This document shows positions 45,322-55,069 of a DNA stretch of 55,069 nt, one piece after another (within the stretch, counting starts at the first letter, position 1; the number at the start of each line of letters is the position of its first letter). Under the pieces are notes generated by a model, which saw nothing but the letters and a program-made list of their open reading frames with translations, searched no databases and was not told where the DNA came from. The stretch covers positions 1 through 55,069 of the forward strand of contig VBAP01000040.1 of the NCBI GenBank assembly GCA_005882335.1. Direction: 5' to 3'. This stretch comes from Candidatus Segetimicrobium genomatis (GTDB lineage Bacteria > Sysuimicrobiota > Sysuimicrobiia > Sysuimicrobiales > Kaftiobacteriaceae). The translations under genes were made by a program, and so were the position numbers.

Positions 45322-46500
45322 TCAGTCATCGGAGAGGCGGTCGAAGCGACGTCCGCCTTTCATCACCACGCGCGGGCGGCGCAACGATTCGATGTCACGC
45401 AGCGGATCACCGTCGACTGCGAGGATGTCGGCCAGCTTGCCCGGCTCCAGCGTCCCCACGCGATCGCTGATGCCGCAGGCCTCGGCCGCCCAGGCCGTTC
45501 CGGCGCGCACGGCGTCCAGCGGCGGGACCCCAAAGCGCACCAGCGTCGCGATCTCAAACCACAGCAGGCCGTGCATGCTGTCGGTCCCCACCGCGTAGCG
45601 CACGCCGGAGCGGAGGAACTCACGAAAACGCGACTCTTCCTGCTCCCGCAGTGCCACGACCTTGGTCCAGATCGCCCGGTTGTGGCGGTCGGTCTTCTCG
45701 ATGCCCTCAGGATGGTACAGAATCGCAAAGGTGCACACGAGGAATCGGCCCAGGCGTTTCATCAGGTCGACGTCGTCGCCAGTAAGCAGTGCGCCGTGCT
45801 CGATGGTGTCCACGCCTTCCTCCAGCGCTACGCGCACCCCGGGTCCGCCGTGCGCGTGGGCGGCGACCTTCCGTCCGGCACGGTGCGCCTCTTCGCACGC
45901 CGCACGGATCTCTTCGCGGGTGTACGTGTAGGCCTCGAGAGATGCGCCGACGCTGCTGACTCCACCCGTGATGAAGAGCTTGATCCATTCGCACCCCTGG
46001 GCGATGTTCTCCCGGACGCGCTGGCGCACGCCCTCCACTCCATCGGTCGTGGTCAGCGCGCGGCCGTGACCGTGCGCGCTGGTGAGGTGAATACCACAGC
46101 ACAGCAGCCGCGGCCCCGGAATCACGCCGGCGTCGATCGCACGGCGCATCTCGATATCGAGGTGGTGTTCCTCGCCCATGATGCGGGCGGTGGTCACCCC
46201 GGACAGCAGTTCCCGGCGCATGTTGCCCACGGCGCGGAATCCACTGGGAAGGGGCGGCTGGCGCATCTGGCCGGTCTGGTCGCCGAGCCCAGGAATGATC
46301 GAGCAGTGGGTGTGGGCGTTTACCAGACCCGGGAGCACGGTGCCGCCGGCTTCAACGATCTCCGTCCCGGCCGGAAGCCGCAGCGTAGAGATCCTGCCGA
46401 TCTGAGCGACGCGGTCGCCGTCCACCAACACGGCACCGTCGGGAACGGGATCGGCGCGGGTGCCGTCGATGATCTGAGCGCCATGAATGGCCAATACCAT
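45322..46500 (-). CDS. Amidohydrolase (Xaa-Pro dipeptidase/imidazolonepropionase-like)
   Basis: LPGLVNAHTH, WIKLF.TGG, AAHAHG, IEHG, GTDS, GKLADI. Confidence 0.9.
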   Translation of the reverse strand: MVLAIHGAQIIDGTRADPVPDGAVLVDGDRVAQIGRISTLRLPAGTEIVEAGGTVLPGLVNAHTHCSIIPGLGDQTGQMRQPPLPSGFRAVGNMRRELLSGVTTARIMGEEHHLDIEMRRAIDAGVIPGPRLLCCGIHLTSAHGHGRALTTTDGVEGVRQRVRENIAQGCEWIKLFITGGVSSVGASLEAYTYTREEIRAACEEAHRAGRKVAAHAHGGPGVRVALEEGVDTIEHGALLTGDDVDLMKRLGRFLVCTFAILYHPEGIEKTDRHNRAIWTKVVALREQEESRFREFLRSGVRYAVGTDSMHGLLWFEIATLVRFGVPPLDAVRAGTAWAAEACGISDRVGTLEPGKLADILAVDGDPLRDIESLRRPRVVMKGGRRFDRLSDD

Positions 46501-46507
46501 GCCGTCG

Positions 46508-48268
46508 CTACCGCGCTTCGTCTGCCGTCCGCCGCGCCTCCCGCAGCGCCCACACCAGGCGGTTGCGCCCGCGCACCAGGTGCGCCTGCACGAAGCCGCG
46601 GACCACCGGGTCGGCGGTCCCGAGCTGCCGGACCGCGGCTAGATCCGGAAGCGGCGGGATCGGGGCCGCAGGATCATGGTGGAACCGGTCAGATCGCGCA
46701 AAGTTCACCTGCACCAGCTGGCGCGCGATGCGGCGGATGGCGGCGTTGGCCGCGCGGACCCTGGCGTCGGTCACCGGCAGTGTCGCCAGTTCCTCGCAGC
46801 GGTCATAGAACCGGTCCAGGGCGCGCTCGAGCATCCCGACCTCCGCGACGACCGGTGAAAGGTCAAACCGGTCGCCGGCGATCCCTTGGTATTGAACCAG
46901 GGTCTGTCCGAACTCTCGGACGGCGGCCCGGAAGTCCAATGGGTGAACCGGGGCGTTCAGCGCCCGCACCACCGTCGTGACGTAGGCCCGGAGGTCACGC
47001 TCAAGATTGTGCTCGTCGAAGATCGGCAGTGTGTCGTCCTCGGTGTGCCAGGCGATGTTCGCACCACACCCGCCCACCGGATAGTAGCCCTTCTCGGCCA
47101 GCAGGGGTTTTGGCATCGTTGAGAAGAGCATGAAGAATCCGCTGATGCCCAGGTTGTTGAACGACCAGTCGCCGGCGCGGTGCGGTCGCTCGCCGAACGA
47201 TGCCTGGCCGGTGGCGTCGCGGATCGCCTCCTGACAGAAAGCCGCGGTCTCCGGCATCCAGGATACATCCTCGTACTCAGTCGCCCAACGGCACCCCGGG
47301 GAGTCGATGTTCATGTGGGCCAGGCATCGCTCCACCAAATCAATCGCGAAGGTATCGGCGAACCACGTTGACCCCGCGTACCTACCGGTGGAGTGCCCGG
47401 CCCACCAGGCGATGCGCACGCTGCGGCGCAGCTGGTTGCGATGCGTCCAGAAGATGCGGGCCAGCTCCAAGAGCGTCGCATCCCCGGTGGCGTTGTCGCC
47501 GATGCCAGCATGCCAGGAGTCGAGATGTCCGTGGGCCAGCAGGAACACATCGGGCTCGTCCGTGCCCGGGATCTCCGCCACGACCACCGGGCAGCGCATC
47601 CACCCCTCGCGCAGGCGCGTGTGCAGCGCCACGTCCAGCCCGCCGTTCTTCGCCATCGCCACCAGCGCCTCGCCGTCGGGACGGTTCACGCTCACCACGG
47701 CCACGGTCGGTTTGCGGGGCAGGCTGTCCAGATCCGGCGCTCCCCAGATGGTCGTGCAGATCATCTCGTGAATGGCCTGCCCCGGATGGGTGAAGATGAT
47801 CGCCGCCGCGCCATGCTGCTGCAGTGCCAGCACTTTCTGCGGGGAGGGGAAACCTTCGGTCAGCACGATCCGGCCGGAGACATCGCCTACGCCGGCGGGC
47901 AGCGGCGCGTCGAACGTGTCGGTGAATGGCGCCCCCGGGACCGTCGGCACGTACACGACCTGACCGCGAACCGGCGTGCCGTCTGTGGAGACCGAGAATG
48001 ACGGCGTCTTCGCCCGGAGGGTGCGGCGCTGCAGTGAGAGCACCTCCAGCGAGGCCCGCTCGGGGACGCTGAGATACAGGAGCGGCTCGTGCACCGTGTG
48101 CGGCACGCCCCACGCTGCCAGACGGCCGCCGATCTCGCGCGCCGCCGTCCACTCATCTTCGCTGCCCGACTCGCGCACCAGGGTCGAGAAGCGGTGGATC
48201 AAGGCGCGGGGTTCTTCCAGCGAGACCGCGTCCCGCAATGTGCCTTCGTTGGGATCGACGTACGTCAC
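46508..48268 (-). CDS. M28-like peptidase with PA domain (paralog 2)
   Basis: HGHLDSWH.GIGDNATG, WWAGHSTGRYAGS, NIDSPG, WHTEDDT. GTG start just after the Lrp stop. Confidence 0.85.
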   Translation of the reverse strand: MTYVDPNEGTLRDAVSLEEPRALIHRFSTLVRESGSEDEWTAAREIGGRLAAWGVPHTVHEPLLYLSVPERASLEVLSLQRRTLRAKTPSFSVSTDGTPVRGQVVYVPTVPGAPFTDTFDAPLPAGVGDVSGRIVLTEGFPSPQKVLALQQHGAAAIIFTHPGQAIHEMICTTIWGAPDLDSLPRKPTVAVVSVNRPDGEALVAMAKNGGLDVALHTRLREGWMRCPVVVAEIPGTDEPDVFLLAHGHLDSWHAGIGDNATGDATLLELARIFWTHRNQLRRSVRIAWWAGHSTGRYAGSTWFADTFAIDLVERCLAHMNIDSPGCRWATEYEDVSWMPETAAFCQEAIRDATGQASFGERPHRAGDWSFNNLGISGFFMLFSTMPKPLLAEKGYYPVGGCGANIAWHTEDDTLPIFDEHNLERDLRAYVTTVVRALNAPVHPLDFRAAVREFGQTLVQYQGIAGDRFDLSPVVAEVGMLERALDRFYDRCEELATLPVTDARVRAANAAIRRIARQLVQVNFARSDRFHHDPAAPIPPLPDLAAVRQLGTADPVVRGFVQAHLVRGRNRLVWALREARRTADEAR

Positions 48269-48269
48269 C

Positions 48270-48797
48270 TCATCGTCCTCCTCTGCGCCGCGACGGCCGT
48301 GCCGCATCCCGGAACACGCGGGGTTTGGCCAGCGCCGGCGGCAGCCAGTCATAACTCTGCTTGGGAATGTCCAAGATGAGCGATGTCTCGGTATGACTCA
48401 GCCCGGGGATGCGGGCCAGATCCGACATGAGAAAGTGCAGCAGGTCCTGCATCGAGGGCAACACCACCTCGATGATGTAGTCGAACGTCCCGGTGGTGAT
48501 GCCGATGTACCGGACGGGCTCCAGCCGCTGCAGGTGGGCGCGGGCCTCAGTCATCTTCTGCCGGGCCACGTTGAGGCCGATGATGGCGACGACATCCATG
48601 CCGACTTTGAACGGACTGGCCACCCCCACGATACGGAGGTACCCTTCGGACATCAGCCGTGTCACGCGCTTGCGCACCGTGCCCTCCGCGACGTCGAACC
48701 GTTCGGCGATCGCGCTGTACGGCAGCCGGCCGTCTTTTTGCAGCAGGCGGATGATCTCGATGTCCAGCGGATCCAGCGTACCGGGCCGTCGCATCAA
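48270..48797 (-). CDS. Lrp/AsnC family transcriptional regulator
   Basis: LDPLDIEIIRLLQKDGR.PY..IA..V.EGTVRKRV, TGTFDY, TETSL. Confidence 0.92.
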   Translation of the reverse strand: MMRRPGTLDPLDIEIIRLLQKDGRLPYSAIAERFDVAEGTVRKRVTRLMSEGYLRIVGVASPFKVGMDVVAIIGLNVARQKMTEARAHLQRLEPVRYIGITTGTFDYIIEVVLPSMQDLLHFLMSDLARIPGLSHTETSLILDIPKQSYDWLPPALAKPRVFRDAARPSRRRGGR

Positions 48798-49828
48798 TTC
48801 GGCTCCAGCTTCGCCCCGTCACCTTCAGCGGCCCGGGGCGTGCTGCCGGGATACAGGTGACAGGCCACGCGGACACCGCCATCCACCGGCAGCAACAGCG
48901 GCCGGAGATGGCGGCAGACCTCCATCACCTGCGGGCACCGGTCGGCAAACGGGCAGCCTGCGGGGAGCTGGAACGGCGTCGGCACCGTGTCGGCGATCTC
49001 CACCGGCCGGCGCGGCCGCGTGGGATCGGGATCCGGCACCGCGGAGACCAGCGCCTGCGTGTAGGGATGGCGCGGATGCTCGATGACCTCCTCGGTGGGC
49101 CCAATCTCACAGATCGTCCCGAGGTACATCACGGCGGTGACGCTGCACATGTACCGGATGAGGGCGAGATCGTGTGAGATGTAGAGCGTGGTCAGTTTGC
49201 GCTCACGGCTGAGGTCACGCATCAGGTTGAGCACACCGGCCCGGATGCTGACGTCCAGCATCGAGACGGGCTCGTCTGCTACCAGCAGCACCGGGTCCAC
49301 CAGGAGCGCCCGCGCGATGACCACCCGCTGGAGCTGCCCGCCGCTGAGCTGGTGCGGATACTTCAGGAAGAATGTCTCAGGAGGGTTGAGGTGGACGCGG
49401 TCCAGCGCCCCGGCCACACGTTCCACGCGCTCGGCGATAGACCGTCCGATCTCGTGGATGATCAGGGGTTCCAGCAGCGACCGCAGGATCGTAAACCGCG
49501 GGTTCAATGCCTCGTACGGATTCTGGAATATGAACTGCGCCTGCCGCCGGTACGACAGGAGATCAGACCCGTCCAGCCCTGCTACATCGCGCCCGGCGAA
49601 CCGGATGCTGCCGGCCGTGGGGTGCAACAGCTTGAGGATGAGCTTGGCGGTCGTGGTTTTGCCGCACCCGCTCTCCCCGGCCAGGCCCAGGCTGCCGCCT
49701 TCGTCCAAGACGAAAGAGACGCCGTTGACCGCGTGGACGACACGCCTGGAACCCATCACCGCGCCCAGCAAGCCGGACTGCAGCGGGTACTCTTTCCGGA
49801 GGTCGGTCACTTCGAGCAGGTGATTCAC
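48794..49828 (-). CDS. Oligopeptide ABC ATP-binding protein (OppF-like)
   Basis: GESGCGKTT, LSGGQLQR, DEPVSMLD, HPYT, GCPFADRCP. Confidence 0.95.
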   Translation of the reverse strand: MNHLLEVTDLRKEYPLQSGLLGAVMGSRRVVHAVNGVSFVLDEGGSLGLAGESGCGKTTTAKLILKLLHPTAGSIRFAGRDVAGLDGSDLLSYRRQAQFIFQNPYEALNPRFTILRSLLEPLIIHEIGRSIAERVERVAGALDRVHLNPPETFFLKYPHQLSGGQLQRVVIARALLVDPVLLVADEPVSMLDVSIRAGVLNLMRDLSRERKLTTLYISHDLALIRYMCSVTAVMYLGTICEIGPTEEVIEHPRHPYTQALVSAVPDPDPTRPRRPVEIADTVPTPFQLPAGCPFADRCPQVMEVCRHLRPLLLPVDGGVRVACHLYPGSTPRAAEGDGAKLEPN

Positions 49829-50883
49829 AGAGTCCCTCCGGCCGGCGGCGCCCCGGACCGCACGCTCTGGGGCCCGGTCGCTTCGAGGCGGGCAAACGCC
49901 TGCGGAGCCTGCGTCCGAAGCGCATCCGCCTCAGCGGCCCGGTGGCAGGCAGCGAGACGGCCACCGGTGGTGGGCAACAGCGCCGGATCGTCGTGCCAGC
50001 ACCGCTCGATGGCAAACGGGCAGCGTGGGGCGAACGCGCATCCGGCGGGCGGGGAGGCGAGGTCGGGAGGATATCCCTCGATTGGGACCAGGCGGGCTGA
50101 GCGCGCCCGCAGGCTCGGGAACGCATTGCGCAGGCCCATCGTATACGGATGGTGCGGCGCCGCAAAGACCTCCCGCACACTCCCGGCCTCCACGATGCGC
50201 CCGGCGTACATCACGACGACATCGTCGCAGAGGTCTGCCACGACGGAGATGTCGTGGGTGATGAGCAGCAGGCTCAACTGTAGGGTCTCCTGCAGTTCAC
50301 GCAGCGTGCGGAGCACCTGGTGCTGCACGATCACGTCCAGCGCCGTCACCGGCTCATCGGCGATCACCAGTTGCGGTTCCAGCGCCAGGGCCATCGCGAT
50401 GACCACACGCTGCTTCATCCCGCCGGACAGCTCATGCGGGTAGAGGCGCAGCCGCCCGGGCGCCAGCCCAACCAGCGCAAACAGGCGCTCCGCGCGCTCC
50501 CGCGCCTGGGGAGAGGTGAGGCCCCCCCGCAGCCGCATCGTTTCGACTAGCTGATCACCCACCCGGTACACCGGATCGAGGCTGTCCATCGCGGCCTGCG
50601 GGATCATGGCGATGCGCCGCCAGCGGTAGTCGTTCAGCGCGTCGCCGGATAGCTGCAGCAGATCGGCGCCATCGAAACGCACCCGGCCGCCGGCGATCGC
50701 CGCGTTGCGCGGCAGCACGCCGATCAGCGCGCGCGCCAGCGTCGTCTTCCCGCAGCCGCTCTCGCCGACCAGCCCCACGGCGCGGCCCCGCTCGATTGAC
50801 AGGGTCACGCCCCGTACGGCCTGCACCGCACCGTGCAGGGTGTGATACTGGACCGCGAGGGTGTCGATCTCCAGCAGCGACAT
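49825..50883 (-). CDS. Oligopeptide ABC ATP-binding protein (OppD-like)
   Basis: GESGCGKTT, YPHELSGGMKQR, DEPVTALD. Confidence 0.95.
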   Translation of the reverse strand: MSLLEIDTLAVQYHTLHGAVQAVRGVTLSIERGRAVGLVGESGCGKTTLARALIGVLPRNAAIAGGRVRFDGADLLQLSGDALNDYRWRRIAMIPQAAMDSLDPVYRVGDQLVETMRLRGGLTSPQARERAERLFALVGLAPGRLRLYPHELSGGMKQRVVIAMALALEPQLVIADEPVTALDVIVQHQVLRTLRELQETLQLSLLLITHDISVVADLCDDVVVMYAGRIVEAGSVREVFAAPHHPYTMGLRNAFPSLRARSARLVPIEGYPPDLASPPAGCAFAPRCPFAIERCWHDDPALLPTTGGRLAACHRAAEADALRTQAPQAFARLEATGPQSVRSGAPPAGGTL

Positions 50884-50890
50884 CGATCCG

Positions 50891-51814
50891 CTACCGCCGC
50901 CGCAGACGCGGGAACAGCAACTCTTCGTAGCCCCGGCCGATGAAGAACCCGGCCATCACCGCCAGCATGATGCACAGACCGGGGGGCACGAACCAGTAGA
51001 ACGCGTGCCGGGCCATCGCCTGCGAGTTGTAGGCATCCTGCAGCATGAATCCCCACGAGATGACGTTGGGATCACCGAATCCCAGGAAACTGATGGTGGC
51101 CTCGGTCAGGATCGCCCATCCTACCGCGAGCGATCCGTACAGAAATGACAGCGGAAGAACGTTGGGGGCGATGTGCACGAACATCGTGCGCAGATGGCTG
51201 GCGCCCAGCACCCGCGCGGCTTCCACGTAGGATCGCGTCCGCAGTGAGAGCACCTGCGCGCGGATGACGCGCCCGGTGTCGCGCCACAGCAACAAGATCA
51301 TCACCAGCACCGTGTTCCAGATGCTCGGCCCTAAGAAGGCCACCAGCACGATGGCCATCGGCAGAAATGGGATACCGAATGCCACGTCGGCCAGGCGCAT
51401 CAACAGCGTATCCACCCATCCGCTATAGTAGCCGGCGAACAGGCCCACCAGCGTGCCGAGCACGACAACCCCGAACGCCGCCACGAACCCCACCACCAGC
51501 GCGGCGCGCGCTCCGAACAATACCTGGGAAAAGATGTCCCGCCCGAGGTTGGTGGTCCCCAGCCAGTGCGGCAGCGAAGGAACTTCGTCAGCGGCGACCT
51601 CGCCGTCAGGCCGGTAGTTGAGGTCCTGCGGATTGTACGGCGCCACGACCGGCGCCGCCAGTGCCACAACCAGGAGCACGCCGTAAATGACGAGACCGGC
51701 GAGCGCAAACCGGTCGCGGCGGGCCACCGCCCAGGTGACCAGCAGCGCGTCGCGCCACGTCGACGTCGCCCGCGTCCACTGCGGAAGGGCGGCGGCGCGC
51801 TCACTGCTGCTCAT
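50891..51814 (-). CDS. Peptide ABC permease (OppC-like)
   Basis: LGTTNLGRDIFSQ, YVEAARVLGAS, SFLGFG, SWGFML. Confidence 0.93.
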   Translation of the reverse strand: MSSSERAAALPQWTRATSTWRDALLVTWAVARRDRFALAGLVIYGVLLVVALAAPVVAPYNPQDLNYRPDGEVAADEVPSLPHWLGTTNLGRDIFSQVLFGARAALVVGFVAAFGVVVLGTLVGLFAGYYSGWVDTLLMRLADVAFGIPFLPMAIVLVAFLGPSIWNTVLVMILLLWRDTGRVIRAQVLSLRTRSYVEAARVLGASHLRTMFVHIAPNVLPLSFLYGSLAVGWAILTEATISFLGFGDPNVISWGFMLQDAYNSQAMARHAFYWFVPPGLCIMLAVMAGFFIGRGYEELLFPRLRRR

Positions 51815-52784
51815 GGCTCACCCGCGGATCCAGCATCGTGTACAGGAGATCGGCCACGAAGTTCATCGCAATCATCACGCACGCGATGAGGAAAAACGCC
51901 GCCTGCGCCACGGGGTAGTCCTTGGCCGCCACCGCGCGCACCAACGTGCGGCCCAACCCGGGCCAGCTGAACACGGTTTCGATGATGACGTTGCCCCCGA
52001 TCGAGTATCCAATCCCCAGCGCGAACGCGGTCACCACCGGAAGCAGCGCGTTGCGGGCGGCGTGGCGCAGCAGGATGGTGCGCTCGGGCAGCCCTCGCAT
52101 CCGGCAGAAGGTGATGAAGTCTTCGTCCATCACCTCCAGCATCGTGCTCCGCATCAGCAGCGTGGGCAGACCCTGCAGGTACAGGGCGAGCGTCAAGACG
52201 GGCAGGGTGAGGTGCCGCAGGAAGTCCCACGAGACCACCTTCGCCCACCAGTTGGGATACACACTGCCCGGGCTCGTCGCGCCGAACGAGGGGAACCAGT
52301 TCAGGGTGAAACTGAATACCGCCAGCGCCAGCATGCCCACCCAGAACTCCGGCGCGGCGCGTGTGGCCAGGACGGCGGGGATGCCCCACGCCTCGGTCCA
52401 ACTTCCCCGGCGCGCCGCCAGCAGCGCGCCCCCCAGCACCCCCACGACGTACGCCAGCAACAGCGCCGACAGGGTGAGGACGAGCGTATTGGGCAAGACC
52501 TGCCACATCACCTGGCTCACCGGCTCACGGCTGAAGAATGAGCGGCCGAACTCCCCCCGCACCAAATTTCCGAGGTAGATGGCGTACTGCACGTGCAGCG
52601 GCCGGTCCAGACCAAACTGACGGAGGAGCGTCTGCTGCATCTCCGCGGTGAAGTTGGTGTCGATGTAGGCAACCAGCGGGTTGCCCGGCATCAGCCGGAA
52701 AATGAGGAAGAGCAGGGTCGCGACGACCCACAGCACCACTACCATCTGGAGCAGGCGGCCGAGGAGAAACGACACGCGGTTCAT
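51801..52784 (-). CDS. Peptide ABC permease (OppB-like)
   Basis: MPGNP, FGLDRPL, RHAARNA, ETVFSWPGLG, LDPRV. Confidence 0.93.
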   Translation of the reverse strand: MNRVSFLLGRLLQMVVVLWVVATLLFLIFRLMPGNPLVAYIDTNFTAEMQQTLLRQFGLDRPLHVQYAIYLGNLVRGEFGRSFFSREPVSQVMWQVLPNTLVLTLSALLLAYVVGVLGGALLAARRGSWTEAWGIPAVLATRAAPEFWVGMLALAVFSFTLNWFPSFGATSPGSVYPNWWAKVVSWDFLRHLTLPVLTLALYLQGLPTLLMRSTMLEVMDEDFITFCRMRGLPERTILLRHAARNALLPVVTAFALGIGYSIGGNVIIETVFSWPGLGRTLVRAVAAKDYPVAQAAFFLIACVMIAMNFVADLLYTMLDPRVSHEQQ

Positions 52785-52859
52785 CGACTACCGGGCCTCG
52801 GGCACCGGGCCCCGCGCCTGGGTGCTCGGTGGGGTAGCATGGGGGCGGCGATAGATGGC

Positions 52860-52884
52860 GGGCGGGAGGGGATACCTCCCGCCC
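52860..52884. repeat. GC hairpin (REP-like or mRNA stabiliser) between SBP and permease genes
   Basis: gggcgggagg-ggata-cctcccgccc. Confidence 0.5.
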
Positions 52885-52895
52885 ACACACATGTC

Positions 52896-54566
52896 CTATT
52901 TGCCGACGAGCGTTTCTACTTTGCCCTTGGGGTAGAGCAGCCGGCCGTCGGCATCCCACTCATAGCCGGCCTTGGCGAGCGCGTCGCGCGCCGCTTTAAC
53001 GTTGTACTCGAACTTGGGGACTTCAGAGTTGTGCCAGAACTCCAGCGCCGGTGAGACGTACGAGTCGGCGATGGTCGCGTACCCCTTGAAGACCACCGAG
53101 CGGATGGCCTTCTTGTTGGCGGCCATGTTCAGCGCCTGCCGCACGGCCAGGTCGTCAAACGGCGGACGCCGCAGGTTGAACGCCAGGAAGCGCATCCCGA
53201 TGTCCATCGTGGAGACGACGGTAATGGAGGGATTCTCCTTCGCCAGCCGGTCCAGGATCTGCGGGTCGCCGCCGTAGGCAGACAGGAAATTCAACTCGCC
53301 GTTGCGCAGCGAGCCCAGGGCTGCCTCGACGTTAGGGATAATCCGCAGCACCCACCGCCGGGCCTTCGGCGCCGCGAAGTGGTCAGGGTTGGCTTCCAGC
53401 ACAACCTCCTCAGCCTTCTTCCATTGCACGAACTTGAACGGCCCGGAGCCGATCGGCACTTGTTCCTGGTACGTCTCGGCATTCTCGGGTTTCTTCGCCA
53501 GATCCGCCAGCACCGGCTCCCAGATGTGCTTGGGGATGAGGTTGACCTTGGCCAGGCTGCTGGTCAGGAACGGGGCGTACGGGTCTTTGAGGGTGAAGCG
53601 AACCACGGTATCGGAGCGCTTCTCAATTTTGTCGATGATGCTGACGAACGGCTTATACATCGGCACTTTGTCACCCGCCGGCGCCGTGAACGAGAAGATG
53701 ACGTCGTCTGCGGTGACCGGACGTCCATCGTGCCACTTCATTCCCCGCCGCAGGGTCACGTCCAGCGTCACGCTGTCCACCCACTCGGCTTTCTCCGCTG
53801 CCCACGGTTTGGGCAGGCCATCGGGCCCCACGCGGAGCAGCCGGTCCCAGATCAGCTCGGTGATCCAGGAGTCCGTCGCGCCGCTGATGTACAGCGGGTT
53901 GATCGCCAGGACGGGATCGGCGGTGTTGAGGACGATGTCCTTCTGGGTCCCTTTGGGCGTCGCGGCGTCAAATGTCCAGAAGTTCTTCAGGCCGATGCCC
54001 TTCTGTTCCACGATGCTCTTCGGATCCCAGACGGTGTTGTTGTACGCGTAGCTGCTCTGCGGGAACACCAGGAAGACGTATGGGGCATCGCGGGCGATGA
54101 TCTTCTGCGCTTCGAAGATGAGCTGCCGGCGTACCTTCAGGTCGGTCTTGATGCGCTGCGCCTCGGCGATCCCGTTGTACGTCGAGTTGGTATAGCCGAC
54201 GAAATTGTAGCCTTTGGCGGCCGTCGACGCGTGGAAGAGGTTGAAGGTGAACTCATCCGGGTCGGACCGCTCGGCCCGGCCCACCATCTGCCACATCGTC
54301 ATGTCCCACTTGGTCCGTTCCAGCCAGACATAGTCCGCCAGCTGCTCCCACGGCATCACCCGCACCGTCACCTTGAACCCCAGCTTCTCGAACTCCGGGG
54401 CCAGCAGCCTGGCCATCTCAAACTCCTGCGGATCCACGGCCTGCGGCCTGGTCAGCAGGATCAACTCCCGGACGCGGCGGTCCTGCGTCTGCCCCACCGC
54501 GACAGCGCCCGCTGTCAACGTCAGGACGACGACGGCCACAGCAATCCGGACTAAGATGCGTATCAT
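52896..54566 (-). CDS. Peptide ABC substrate-binding protein (family 5, apparently permuted domain order)
   Basis: Signal peptide, KWHDGRPVTADDVIFSF, PIGSGPFKF, VRQALNMA. Confidence 0.9.
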   Translation of the reverse strand: MIRILVRIAVAVVVLTLTAGAVAVGQTQDRRVRELILLTRPQAVDPQEFEMARLLAPEFEKLGFKVTVRVMPWEQLADYVWLERTKWDMTMWQMVGRAERSDPDEFTFNLFHASTAAKGYNFVGYTNSTYNGIAEAQRIKTDLKVRRQLIFEAQKIIARDAPYVFLVFPQSSYAYNNTVWDPKSIVEQKGIGLKNFWTFDAATPKGTQKDIVLNTADPVLAINPLYISGATDSWITELIWDRLLRVGPDGLPKPWAAEKAEWVDSVTLDVTLRRGMKWHDGRPVTADDVIFSFTAPAGDKVPMYKPFVSIIDKIEKRSDTVVRFTLKDPYAPFLTSSLAKVNLIPKHIWEPVLADLAKKPENAETYQEQVPIGSGPFKFVQWKKAEEVVLEANPDHFAAPKARRWVLRIIPNVEAALGSLRNGELNFLSAYGGDPQILDRLAKENPSITVVSTMDIGMRFLAFNLRRPPFDDLAVRQALNMAANKKAIRSVVFKGYATIADSYVSPALEFWHNSEVPKFEYNVKAARDALAKAGYEWDADGRLLYPKGKVETLVGK

Positions 54567-54689
54567 CAGTCCCCTCCCCCTCGCAACGTCCGCGCGGAGC
54601 CTTTTCCCCGCGCGTCGCGCCTGCAGTTATCTCGATGTCACCTGCAATGGAACCATCCCCGAACCAAACGCGATGACTAGGCTGGACTC

Positions 54690-55069
54690 CTACGGTACCC
54701 TTGACTCTACGCGTTGGTACGGGGCAAGCTTGGGCGGCACGGGGTAGGCGCGCTTGCTGTGCGCCAGCCCCGCGCCCACCAGGGCCTCCAGCATCTTCAG
54801 TGCGGCATAGACCGGGTTCACAACCGGCACGCCGACCTCAGCAGCAATCGTCTGCTGGGCCTCGAGCAACCCCATGCTCATGCATCCCAGCGCCAGCGTA
54901 TCCGCCCCGTCTTCGGCCACCGCGCGCCGGCCCAGATCGATCATGCGCGAGATGCTGCGCTCACGGTTCTTGGCCAGCTCCAGCACCGGGATGTCCACTG
55001 CGCGCACCGACGCCAGCTTTTCGCTCACGCCGACGCGGTGCGCCAGGTGGCGCAGCGATGGCACGACCG
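54690..55069 (-). CDS. Asp/Glu/hydantoin racemase family protein (5' truncated by window)
   Basis: EDGADTLALGCMSM, GVPVVNPV..A.K..E.LV..GL.HSK..YP. Confidence 0.85.
   Translation of the reverse strand, partial: VVPSLRHLAHRVGVSEKLASVRAVDIPVLELAKNRERSISRMIDLGRRAVAEDGADTLALGCMSMGLLEAQQTIAAEVGVPVVNPVYAALKMLEALVGAGLAHSKRAYPVPPKLAPYQRVESRVP

Noticed and set aside
45262-46980. Long antisense or alternate-frame ORFs (572 aa here; also 19885-21423, 17512-18840, 5626-6837, 8106-9293, 53379-54554)
   Set aside because: They overlap well-supported genes and have Arg/Gly/His-rich, motif-free composition typical of GC-rich shadow frames.

Overview
High-GC bacterial chromosomal segment. The taxon cannot be fixed from the sequence alone. 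It holds about 45 CDSs, tRNA-Ala(TGC) and tRNA-Asn(GTT). Main gene blocks: (1) a GlcNAc/peptidoglycan-type sugar cluster (GH3 NagZ-like, sugar ABC, GH20, DUF4127-like/GrpB fusion); (2) two Opp/Dpp ABC operons, one ending in queG and one with two non-canonical M28 peptidases, an amidohydrolase, an Lrp regulator and a racemase; (3) DNA-repair and nucleotide genes (alkD-like, short mutY, ATL, dgt, ndk); (4) a FitAB/VapBC-like toxin-antitoxin pair. The most interesting signals are non-coding. A c-di-GMP module has two sigma54 -24/-12 promoters, a c-di-GMP-I riboswitch on an unknown secreted protein, and a Cache-HAMP-GAF-HD-GYP gene split by a 19-nt tandem duplication. Two copies of an unrecognised long hairpin share a 29-nt loop. 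A repeated tRNA-3'-end/inverted-T-arm unit follows tRNA-Ala. Short palindromes are inserted in frame inside proteins. Several inverted short-tandem-repeat cassettes and a CTAG-bounded MITE are also present. No CRISPR, rRNA, transposase or integrase was seen. All family calls come from motif recognition by eye, not from database searches.
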